From Takakia lepidozioides (taxonomy: Eukaryota; Plantae; Bryophyta), in the NCBI GenBank assembly GCA_030704615.1, contig CM060734.1:9672001-9736000 (forward strand): a stretch of 64,000 nucleotides of DNA. Direction: 5' to 3'. Shown piece by piece: positions 1 to 10,378 of this stretch (position 1 is the stretch's first letter; each line of letters starts with the position of its first letter). The position numbers and the translations under genes were made by a program. The notes below the pieces were generated by a model. It was not told the origin of the DNA and did not search any database. It saw only the letters and a list, made by a program, of their open reading frames with translations.

Positions 1-230
1 ATGCACAGCAGGGGCGCGGGATGGAGGCCTTGGAGACGTATGAGCAATTGATGGGGGAAGGGTGTGAGTGCAACCACATCACGTTTGTGTGCGTTTGCAA
101 CTGTTGTGCAACTGGCAGCCCTGGAAAAGGGCAAAGAGGCGCATGGTGACATCACCAAAGCTGGAATTTTACCAGATGTGATTCTGAACAATACCCTCAT
201 GGACATGTATGCCAAATGTGGGTCCACCGA
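1..230 (+). pseudogene. PLS-class pentatricopeptide repeat (PPR) gene fragment, frameshifted and truncated
   Basis: Frame 3 reads AQQGRGMEALETYEQLMGEGCECNHITFVCV, then a frameshift near 110 gives LAALEKGKEAHGDITKAGILPDVILNNTLMDMYAKCGS (P-L-S motif consensus). Similarity stops abruptly at ~230. Confidence 0.85.
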
Positions 231-1702
231 ACGGGGATCACCGAGCATTTGGGTGGCATGGACCCAACAAACACACGCCGTGGGCCCAGCCAGAGTCTAG
301 TTTTTGTGTAGGATGGTGCTGGTTCTAGAGTACCGAAGTCAACGGCATTTGCCTTGGCCATACAACAATCCTTGTTTGAGGCGCGTCCACTGCAGAAGTC
401 GGTGCTGACTTCTGAGGTGAAATGCATCCACTGCGACATCTTCGCACTTGTTGAGCAGCGCATGGCAAACAAATCCACCATGAAGAGGTGGCCAGCGGAG
501 AGGGCAATGGTGGATGCGTTCATTGAACATCACAAGAAGAGGAGGGAGTCTGTGCGGGGGGGAATTTTCGAGTCGTCCATGAAGGAAGGTGCTGACCTTG
601 TCATTGTGGATATCCCATATGGGCAGATGGTGCAAAATTGCGGGGCAGAGGGTGTTGTGCCTGATTGGAATGTGCGGAAGCTTTCGCACATCAGCTCTAC
701 CATATCACTGGCAAATGCAATCACGGATGATGTGGGACGACTCCTCATTTTCTGCAAGGGTGACGGCAGGATGGAGATGGAGCTTCGACGGATAGTGAGC
801 AATGCGCCCTTTCGTTTTATGAAGAGGAAGTGGACCTGCATGAATGCCCTCCCGCTCCTGACAGGCAACGAGGAGCAGCCACAATGAACCCAAAACACCA
901 CCTCCTTCTCATATTTTTCATGTTCCATTCCCTTTGCATGTGGGAAGTCGCCACAGACTTCCCAAATGCCTGAATGGTGTTCTGATCACTTCCTGTTGTG
1001 GGGGATAGCTGCACAGACTTCTCACATACACAGCCATGTTTTCATGGAAGAGAGTAGATCATCCTAGCTGTTCCCAAATCCACTACTGGTTTTTTAATAG
1101 AGCAGTAGTGAGGTAGGTGAGCAGTTTGAATTTGGTCGGAGTCCAGGTCTTGATTGGGAAGTCGGTACAGACTTCCCAGAATAGTGTGGGATAGACTTAC
1201 TAGTGTGCGTTGAGGTAATTGGGTTTTGTGTGCAGACTAGGGTGTTCTATGCTTTTTTGCTGTTGAAGAGCCCGACATACACCTACTTACTTGGCCGGGA
1301 TGCCAAGAAACTCAATTTGGACTTCAATCCGGTGGACACCGACATTGTGCGGAATTTCGTCAGCAAAGACAGCTGTACACAAGACCTAATGGGACCTGGT
1401 TCAGAGGCGCCAGAGAAAAAAGTCCAATGTCCCTACAGACTTTTATGGAGATGCTGACTGACGTTGGTGGCAAGATTGTCGACCTCACTGCAAACTGTGG
1501 CGCATCGATAGTGCTGGCACGGGTTTGTGGTCACCACTTACTGGCCTTGGAAGGCGATGGAGAGCTTGTAAGAGAGAAACTCATGGGCCTGCAATGTGAC
1601 ATGCCTGCTACCCCAGATCCCATGGCCGCAATGGACTTGACACCTGATGAGTGGTTCAGGGAATCTGGTGACCAAGCTGTGCATGTCCATGTATTGGAGT
1701 GA
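231..1702 (+). pseudogene. Beta-class N6-adenine/N4-cytosine DNA methyltransferase-like gene, degenerate
   Basis: Motifs in beta-class order: VKCIHCDIF, ADLVIVDIPYG (591-633, DPPY-like motif IV), GRLLIF, RKWTC, FYAFLLLKS, then after a frameshift at ~1380 RGAREKSPMSLQTFMEMLTDVGGKIVDLTANCGASIVLARVCGHHLLALEGD, which matches the KP..L...T..GD.VLDPF.GSGT...A...GR...G.E.D block. Stops at 309 and 885; probable intron ~890-1240. Confidence 0.7.
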
Positions 1703-2084
1703 GTAAGTTTGATGTTCCTGTCGTTCATTTTTTTTAAATTGGATAGTCGGCGCAGATTTGGCAATTCTTCTTTGCTCTCCTTGCGTGCCATGGCTGACCA
1801 TGGTTTCATTTCCTACTGCAGTGATGATATTCCCTCAATTTGCACAAGGAGGCCAGCTCCAACGACGCCAGATGCTCGCCGTGCTGCCTCGTTAATGGCT
1901 GCACGTCAGGAGAGAGAAAAGCGGAGGGCACATATTTCCGAGAAGAGGGTAGAGCTTCATTGAAAGGCAGCTGCTATTCTCTTTACCCCACCCAAACCTC
2001 TGTGTCTTCCTGAGTATGCAGCAAAGATGGCAGAAAGGCTAGCTCAGCAGGAGTCCCCCGAATTGTCGAAGAGGCCAATGTGGC

Positions 2085-3742
2085 CAGGTGAACGAATGTG
2101 ACTGGTGCACGAATACCGCGCCACGTGGCATGCCACGAGCGACCGCTCAATCGCGGCCGTTGGCGACCGTGATATCCGCGCTAATCTCTGCATTCTCTGG
2201 GGTGTTGGAAAGGTGGGAATACTCCGCCAGTATGTCATCCGTTATCTCCCAAAATGACTCATGTGCCATGAACTCGACAAGGGCCTCCCGTGTCAATTTC
2301 ATCCAATTTGTGTCTCGTTTGTTGAGGCACTTCAGGTACACCTTTTCGGACAGTGAATTCTTGTACTGCTCGACTGGAGTTGTTGCGCATAGCTCGAAAT
2401 AGTAAAGCTTGTGTGCTAGGTCTGACTTCACATTGCCCTCTTTTGTCACCCTGCATAACAACAATGGAGTAAGCACAGGGACAACAGGGTGGAAGAATGG
2501 GTAGTTGGTGCAGACTTCCCACACTATGGCAGTCCACAAAATAGAAAAAGCACCATCACATGCAGTGCCACATCAACTCTTGGGAAGTCGGTCCAGACTA
2601 TTCACTGCCATTGCATAGCTCTGCTTGGGTAGTCGGCACACACTACTCGAGCAGAGAAGCTTACCATGAAACAAAATGAAATAGTATGATACAACATGTA
2701 GCGTGATACAGCATGATACAGACTGAGACAACATAAGTCGGCACAGACTTCTGAGCACACTCACTGGGCCTGGGAAATCGGCACAGACTCCCCACATCCT
2801 GCAGTCGAAGTAATTGCCAGGAAATGTTTGCTCCTGAGCAGACCTCTACATGACTTACGACAGAAACAATGCTCATATGAGCAGACTATGAAGAAGCGTG
2901 AGCAGTCTTACACATTCATGCGATTCATGGCCCTTCTGACCAAGGCGATGTCCTCTTGTTTCACATCCAGAATCTTGGCATTGACTACATAGTGTCATTT
3001 CGGGGTCGTCCGCATGCTGCTCTGTTATGACCTCCATCCACGCCAAGTAGCGGTGGTTGCCGTCATAGATGTAGAGCCATTTGTTGCTCAAAAACTCCCA
3101 CATGGTGCCTTTGATGGCATCCTCAAAGCACAGGTCCTCCTCCTGCCAGTGAATGTCCCAGGTCACTCTATCCTCGGGCGTGATGGTGGAAACCATTCTA
3201 GCAGTGTTGCTCATTGCAAGCAGAAAGGACGCAAGGGCGTTGTTGTACCCATCTCCCTCGAAAAAGAGCTTCAACTTCTTTATCCCGAGCCTTTCAGCTC
3301 GCCAAATTGCAGGAAGTGTCCTCATCCTACACAATGGAACATGTGGAGGGTGGCCTTTTTGGAGAAGATGCAAAATGGAGCTATAGGTGTGGTTCAGGGC
3401 GCTGTCTCTCAACGTCTTTAGGGCTCTCTGCCGTCTCTCTGCAGTGAGCACCACATCTATGTCAGGTGCCGCTGGACCCCTTCCATGGTGACCCCTGTGC
3501 GAGCTCCCTGCTCCAGGCGAGGAGCGGTTTGATACCGACATGGGAGAGGTCGCAGACTTGTGCTGCCGAGACGACGGAGCAGATGCGTCTGCAAACCCAG
3601 ATTGCCCTTTCATGTGTTCCCCCGCGCCTTCCTGCTCCCGCGCGCCTGCTCGCTGCTCTGCGAATTGGAGACGATGGTACGGGTCCTCAGCACCATCTGC
3701 GAGGGTCTCTCCTGCTGAAAGTCGGGGTTGTCCTCGCTCCAT
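2085..3742 (-). pseudogene. ParB/Sulfiredoxin-like domain gene, at least 2 exons, degenerate
   Basis: HVPLCRM..P....I.KL...F..DGY followed by LYIYDGNHRYLAW (~3040-3078, ParB/Srx DGxHR signature). A frameshift plus TGA near 2995 restores HYVVNAKILDVKQEDIALVRRAMNRMN. A GT donor at 2911 and an AG acceptor at 2451 join in phase to VTKEGNVKSDLAHKLYY. Confidence 0.7.
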
Positions 3743-3966
3743 GGCTGCTCCAAAAAGCGGGAACTTCTCTCGGCAAGCGTTGCAACGTACTGCTGCAATC
3801 CACGAAGGGGCAGAAGGCTCGGATAGAGTGAACAATGAAGTGAAGGCGCAGCTGCGGAAGCAAAGAGGCTGTTTAGCGGAAGACACGAAACTGACGGCTT
3901 GGTGGAAGTCGCTTCGCGGTGACGCTTGGGGAAGATGCTTCGCGCACACACCTCTCACCACGTAGG

Positions 3967-4246
3967 CCCCAACGGATGCCTACGCGACACGTGCAGCGCC
4001 GAAAAATGCCACACTTGGCATCTGGAAACCGGTATGGATGGGAAGTCTATGCAGACTTCCCGGCTTATTTATCCCCAATGGGTGCCTACGCGACATGTGC
4101 TGCGCCGGAAAATGCCACACGGTGCGCCTGAAAACCGATCTTTCCGGGAAGTCTGTGCAGACTTCCCGGCTTATCTAACCCCAACGGGTGCCTATGCGAC
4201 ACGTGCAGTGCCGAAAAATGCCACACGGTGCGCCTGAAAACCGATC
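3967..4246. repeat. ~106-bp tandem repeat, ~2.6 copies, upstream of the ParB-like gene
   Basis: CCCCAAYGGRTGCCTAYGCGACAYGTGC..CGCCGRAAAATGCCACAC starts at ~3967, ~4073 and ~4178. Each spacer holds a GGGAAGTC-N6-GACTTCCC palindrome. Confidence 0.9.
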
Positions 4247-5343
4247 TTAGAAAATAAACAGATGGCATGGGAGACAAAAAAACGCTAAGTCCCCTCTGCT
4301 CATGACTGGATGGATGAATGGATATATGGATGAATTTTGTTTTTATCCATCCATTCATGAGTAGATTTATTGAAGCTCTCAAATGACATCCATCCATCCA
4401 TCCATTTTAATTTCATCCATTCATCTTTAAGTGAGTTTCACTGTCAATTGACTACAACTAACTACTGCCAAAATAAGAGACGTTCGACATCACTATGTGC
4501 TTGTTTCAGATTGACAACGTTCTTCTTTAAAAAAAAGGCCTAATCCCTTGCAAGTAAACTCATCCCAGATATGAATGATAGCATTAAACTACATTCATGC
4601 AACCAAATCATCCACAATACTTGCCACCTGTCATTCTCACACATGTACGTGTCCTAAGAGTGTGACTTACTCTACACTGGTGTGAGAGAAGTCTTGGTCA
4701 ATAAGCATAGTTATACAGTTGACTTGAGTCCCTTAATCAACGTGTCCTACGAATGTGGCATAATCCACAACAGTGTAAGATAAGCCCAGTAACATTTCTC
4801 ACACCATGTCTAGTCAGTATGCCACATCATATAGTTGATCCCCATTGTGTGAATTAACTTACACTATGTGGCTCATTCTCACACTGGTGTGAGTTAAGCC
4901 TTGTACACTGTTCGACACCTTTTCAGTCAATGACCGTTGACCACAGAAGGTGTGAGCTTGGTATAGACTAGTCTACACCAGACAGCTTTTTTTACACTGG
5001 CTCAATCTACACCATCAAAATTTTACAGGGGTGTCAAATTTGGTGTAAGTAAAGCCAGGTGTGAACTACCCTTGATGTAAAAAAAAAACCAGTTTCTCTT
5101 GTAGTGAAGTGCTCATTCTTAGAGCTGTAAGCACTGAAGTCATCTAAGAACACTTGCATGAAATCATCAAGAAACTCATGGAAAGATGCACTGATCACTC
5201 TCTGGAAAGTTGCTGGTGCATTATGTCGATCAATTTTTCAGATCATAATTTAGAATAGCATATTTTATGTACATTAATATATATTTTATGAAGTTTAGTA
5301 CGAAATCATAGTAAGAAATCATAAATAAAATGGAATTCTAGCA

Positions 5344-5892
5344 ATGGCAGAGCCGGAGGACCAGTCGAAGGACAACTCCTTGATTCCGGGATTGACAGAC
5401 CATATGATACTAAAATGCGTTGCACGGGTGCCTCCTTGTTATTATTTACCGTTGAAAGGTGGTTGTAAGAAATGGCAGAATGCGCTACCGGTGGTTAATG
5501 ACGAAGGCCGCAACGACGTCCTTGAGACTCACAAACGGGTAGGGATCAAGGAGGAATGGGTTTACATGTTGGCTGGTTTTGCACACAATGTACAGCCTCT
5601 CATAAGTGCACGGAAGTGGTGGGCGTTTGATTCCATCAGTACGCGTTGGCGTTGTCTGCCAGACTACCCTGTGGATTATACCTTTGAAGTTTCTGACAAT
5701 GAGTTGGCAGTTACAGGAGGACAGTACCCTAGAGGCTACATGATATGGAGGTATGATCTAGAAATCAATGAAGAGTCTCCAGCGCCAAGAATGATTCAGG
5801 ATCGATGTCTTTGTAAGTTAGCAAATGCAGGAAAGTATGCTATCTTGCTGGAGGATCTCACCAGCAGACGACTAGCACGAAAAGAAAGATAA
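5344..5892 (+). pseudogene. F-box/kelch-repeat protein, truncated
   Basis: SLIPGLTDHMILKCVARVP (plant F-box start), EEWVYML, WWAFDSISTRWRCLP and IWRYD...APRMIQDRC kelch motifs. It ends after ~2 repeats, next to a retroelement fragment. Confidence 0.8.
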
Positions 5893-5902
5893 AAAGACTA
5901 AG

Positions 5903-6220
5903 CTATGACTCAGAATCAGCTGTCTGCATACGAGATTGAGCAACTCGAATTGGTGTGAAGATCACCTGTCTATTCTCCACATTGAGACAAGTCAAGTCAA
6001 ATGTTAGTGTGCAGGGAACTAACAGAGAAACATGCACAGTGCTAGCAAGAATAGGTGTAGAGACATGCTGAGGAAGCAAAGCATATTGCCTACCAGAAAG
6101 GATCTCAGTAATCAAGTAGGGACCATCGATTCTCCGCTTGGCTTTAGAAACCTGCTTACCTGGCTGCAATCTTACACAAACTGACTGCCCAACCTTAAAA
6201 GATTCGGAACTTGGGGGCAC
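5903..6220 (-). mobile_element. Ty3/Gypsy integrase C-terminal (GPY/F module) remnant
   Basis: FKVGQSVCVR...SKAKRRIDGPYLITEIL...YAL...VHVSLLVP matches the GPY/F module consensus. Confidence 0.75.
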
Positions 6221-6521
6221 TCTTTATAAAATATCCGTATCACGTGCGTTCGCCGCCTGATAAAAAAAAACCCCTGTATAGGGGTCTTTGGATCATTTAT
6301 ACCCCTTCTGCACATACATTTTGAAGATTATAAAACCCCCTCATGTAAATATATAGAAATTTGTAAAATTTAAAAATACCCCTTTTTGTATATGTATATT
6401 TATTTTCAATCATTAAAAAATACCCTCAAATATGTATATGTATGTTTTTATATTATATCAAGTTTATTCATTTAAAAATAAAATAAAATCTAATGAATTA
6501 CTAAAAAATATTTGTTTGCCT

Positions 6522-6630
6522 TTGACAACCAGCATATAGCCCAGTGGTAATGGGCACAAACCACGTTGGATGTGGTTGTGGGTTCAAACCACGGTCTGGT
6601 GTGTCATGAAGGTGTCCACCTTTCAGCTGG
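6522..6630 (+). repeat. tRNA-derived (SINE-like) head, copy 1
   Basis: Pol III A box TAGCCCAGTGG and B box GGTTCAAACC. A related copy lies inverted at 28757-28852. Confidence 0.55.
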
Positions 6631-8298
6631 AAAGAAGTAGCCCTTGTGACGAAGTGACACCATAAGTTACGCTCCCTACGGGAGGCGTCATACTTTACTT
6701 TACTTTTTGGTTTGCCCTTGATAAATTATCAAAGATTTGGTGTGGAATCTCACTTTGAACATTAAACAGATGCAGAGAGGAAAGGGACATTGTCAATGCC
6801 CGATGTGCAAGAGGCTTGAAGAAAGTTTCCATTTTCTGATACACAGTCCTGGGTATTTTCATCAGAGTGACGCTCTTGAGGATCATCAAGACCTTAGTCA
6901 CTGCACTCTGTTCATCAACTAGGACAGTTTCTGAACTTAATCTACAGTTTCAACCTTCGCAAGGTCCAATTATGTTCAAAACCTACCGTTGAGAATTCCT
7001 CTCCAAAAAGATTTCGTGCGCCTTTGCTGCCACTGTTGGAGTCCAACTTGACTCTCAGCTGGCAGAGAATGCATTCAATTTTTCAATACATGAATGTGAT
7101 TTGGTATAAATCTTTTTTAAATAAGTCCAACTGCAACCTGTTAGAAAAGAAAGTTATTGACTGCTCTCAAAGGTGGGCCCCCATTCACCTATGATAGCAC
7201 ATTCCCCCACACCTGCTACATCCAAACTGGATGTGGTTTACAGCCTTGTGGCTACAAGATAACTCCTAAATGTGGGTCTCTAGTTTCTTCTTTCTTCCTC
7301 TTACACACACTATGCACTCATCTGGGCAAAGCTACCTGTGAGTCTAATTCACTGTTGCAAGGGGTTATCTTTTGACTGAAAGGCTATCTTGAAAGATTCA
7401 CCTAAACTCTCACTGCATCTTTCATGGAGAAGCTAGAGCCTTAAGCTGTGGCCTCCCTTAGGTCTGAATTATAGTGTGCACGCTCGCATCCCACTGAAGC
7501 TAACTGTGAAAGAGTAAGAAAACACGGAAGACCAGAATAAACATCAGTACTGATGTTCAGTTCCAATCACTGGCGTGCGGGCGTTCCCATGGTAGAGGAT
7601 CCGTTCACTCTCCCCTGTCCAAACCAGGGCTGCGGCAATCAAAGTTCAAAAAACTCTCTCACATTACTTGCAATAGCTCTTGAATTCCATACATGGGATA
7701 AGAATCTCCAGTCCCAATTGCTAATTATTAGGAGAAGGATGACACCCAAGCAAGCCTTCCCTCGACAATGTAGTCTACTGCCTCCCCCCACCACACATAC
7801 ACCTCCCAAAAGGATCTGTTGGGAAAAACACGATATCAACATGCTGCTGCGGCTACTGGCTTATAGCTTTAAAGAGCTACCCACTTGAGAGCCACAGTCA
7901 ACTACACACCCAACATACTTCAAAACTGGCTTGCAGGGTTGCTTCCTTTGTGATCCTTCTCCTTGACTTGCAAACCCTCTATATGGTTAGAGCAAGCTAA
8001 CAGATCCCAGCTACAATATGGGAAGTTTAGGCACAAATGGTTTCTTTATATAACCTTTTCTCAAAATAGAAAACTCTCTATGCGTCTGGCAGTTGGAGAT
8101 CCCAAAAATGAGGGAATGATTCTCCCATTGCAAGCCTACACACAGAAGACCCGCCTTGCCAGTCACAAAACTCACATCTTCGCGCCGCTCCTCAAAGACA
8201 ATCACCTGTCAATAGACTTGGGGTTGAGATATTACAATCTTGAACTCCAGCTTGGTTTCAATTTGCGGTCCGCCATGGAGGTGCAACTGTCAACCCCT

Positions 8299-9621
8299 CT
8301 ACTTATCCACCTGCTTGGCTCGTCGGGGCTTCTTATTGGAAGAGTGGTTGCTGTTTAAGTGACCAGTGCGTCCCCGCTTGCTTGTTGATTTCTTTCCCCC
8401 AAACGCCGATGAAAAGACAAGGAGCAGCGCAACAACCGGCAGGGCCAAGAGTGCCGAGGCCAAAAACCAAGCAAGCTCCTTGGTGGCCAAGAGAGCTAAC
8501 GCTTCATGCTTTCCTAGTGTCCCCTTTATTGAGATTTGAAGATTCTCATGGTAGCCGGTAGCGGAAGTGAGGACACGTCGATAGTGGAGATTGACCTTCT
8601 CCAGATAAGGTTCTGTAAGGGTGTTCACTCTCTCAAAATGAGGTGCCAGAGAAACTGCAGCTCGATCCACATATGGTCGACTCTTTTCCCTCAAGACTTG
8701 CACATAGGGCTCAAGACTTTTCTGCGCCTTCTCCAGATATGGGGTTACGTACTCCTTGGTGGCATCTACGTACTGAGGTCCTGCCTTCTTGATCCTTTCA
8801 AAATATGGGGCAACTGCAATTGCGATTTTTTCCCATCTTTCCCTAATCACGGGGTTCCCTTTTGTGTTCAGTGTTTCCAAGTGAGGTTTCGCCCACTCCT
8901 GAGCCATAGCCGCTTGTGCTGATGCCGATCGCTTTAGACCGCTCACCACTGGTTCTCCATGAGTTGACCAGTGAGAAGAGGCCGTTGAGTGGAGTGTGGC
9001 GACGTGGGTGGACACCCACGGAGGCAACCATGCATCCGAAACCTTCGCCAGCTCTTGAGCTTTCTCGGCCGCTTCCGATTCTGCATTTGTCATAGCAGCC
9101 TCTGCAATACGAAGGGCCCGTTCCACCTTTTGAAGCCGCGTTTTGAGCTCGGACAGACTTGTTACTGCTTTATCTTTCTCAAACAAGTGCTGCGTGGAAC
9201 TTGATTCTGCTCGCTCGGCGCGCGACGTCAGAGACCTTACCTCTAGCTTCAGTTGTTCGGATTCTGCCTTCAGATTCGTAACCTCCGATTCCAATTGACT
9301 CACTTTAGCCAAAGCGGATTCAAGTTGACTTTCTGCCTCTCCAGCCCCATTCTTGTGAGTGTGAAGATGATCAAGCTCTGTTCTCAGGTCACTGATCTTC
9401 TTGTCCTTCTCTTCCAAGGTTGATTCTTTCTCCTTCAGCCCGGACTCCAGGTGCGATAACTGTGACTTCAAGTTCTCAAGTTCCTTGACAAGAGCAAGCT
9501 TCGCTGTCGTTTCTTCTGCTTTTCCTGGATGCACGCCCTCATCACCCTGGACGACCGGCCCAAAGCTCAAAACAAGGACACCCAGCAGCACAGCCAACAC
9601 CGTAGACCTCCGCGCCGCCAT
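8299..9621 (-). CDS. Signal peptide + long coiled-coil + C-terminal TM protein, similar to the plant 'myosin heavy chain-related' At4g31340/At2g24420 family
   Basis: One uninterrupted ORF (start MAARRS at 9621 or MHLVG at 9636), hydrophobic N-terminus, heptad-rich region, recognisable AWLPPW, WSTHGEP, WAKPHLET and LATKELAWFLASALLALPV motifs, basic tail. Confidence 0.85.
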   Translation of the reverse strand: MAARRSTVLAVLLGVLVLSFGPVVQGDEGVHPGKAEETTAKLALVKELENLKSQLSHLESGLKEKESTLEEKDKKISDLRTELDHLHTHKNGAGEAESQLESALAKVSQLESEVTNLKAESEQLKLEVRSLTSRAERAESSSTQHLFEKDKAVTSLSELKTRLQKVERALRIAEAAMTNAESEAAEKAQELAKVSDAWLPPWVSTHVATLHSTASSHWSTHGEPVVSGLKRSASAQAAMAQEWAKPHLETLNTKGNPVIRERWEKIAIAVAPYFERIKKAGPQYVDATKEYVTPYLEKAQKSLEPYVQVLREKSRPYVDRAAVSLAPHFERVNTLTEPYLEKVNLHYRRVLTSATGYHENLQISIKGTLGKHEALALLATKELAWFLASALLALPVVALLLVFSSAFGGKKSTSKRGRTGHLNSNHSSNKKPRRAKQVDK

Positions 9622-10378
9622 CCCCACCAAGTGCATGTCTTGTGCATGCACAGAGAGAAACTCCAACAAGACTGGCTGTGTAAAGAGGCCACACCCGAAA
9701 CCAACCCAGATAGAATACGAAATGAGTTGACACAGTATATAACTTGCCGATTCACCTAAAAAACTGAGAATTCAAGAGAACCCAACAGAAACAACAGATG
9801 AATCAACCAAAAGTGATGGTAGGAAGGGGACGTCAAACTCCCAGACCCTCTAGAAACAGGGGAAAGCAAACCCTCGCTGAAACAAGCCAAAGAGAGAGAG
9901 CCCAACACTGCAATCTACTCACACCGCACAGGGAAATCGCAGATGCAGAGAACCAGAGGGACAGAGAGGAGAAATTGCTACGATAGGTGAATACGATGGA
10001 ACAAGCCCAAATGCTCTTTCTCTCTCTCTCGACCGATTCTTGCCTCTGATTCTAGACTGTTTAGGACACTGGGCCCGTATCCAACGCTCAGAGGCCTCAC
10101 ACGTGGCGCCTATATTACTGGCCTCGTGGAATCTACGACCGGCCCTCCACCCATCTGCCACGAAATTCTTGGTTTTCAGAGCTGTGCGAGAAAGCTCAGT
10201 GCATCAATTTCGTTTCTGCATTCACCCCGTCATACCTTCACACCCAACCAACGGGGAGAACCGGCAGCTAGTTACATGCTAGCCGACTGATTCGGAGGAT
10301 TTCCTAGTGAAAATTGAAACCTTCGGAAATTTACCGAGTATGTTCACATAGGAAATTGACTATTGCAGTTACCATTAA

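Larger units (their letters stand above)
231..5106. mobile_element. CACTA/EnSpm-type DNA transposon, right-hand part (left end not seen)
   Basis: Terminus ...CCAGTTTCTCTTGTAGTG at 5089-5106 (reverse complement CACTACAAGAGAAACTGG), preceded by ~500 bp of subterminal ACACTGG/GGTGTGAG repeats in both orientations. No transposase is visible, and the internal extent is inferred. Confidence 0.7.

Noticed and set aside
231-3742. Bacterial or phage contamination as the source of the ParB/MTase sequences
   Set aside because: The ParB-like gene has an in-phase GT-AG intron, and the segment is contiguous with a PPR fragment and a CACTA terminus.
8536-9759. Plus-strand ORFs overlapping the coiled-coil gene, and similar antisense ORFs over the other genes
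   Set aside because: They are shadow ORFs with no recognisable motifs.
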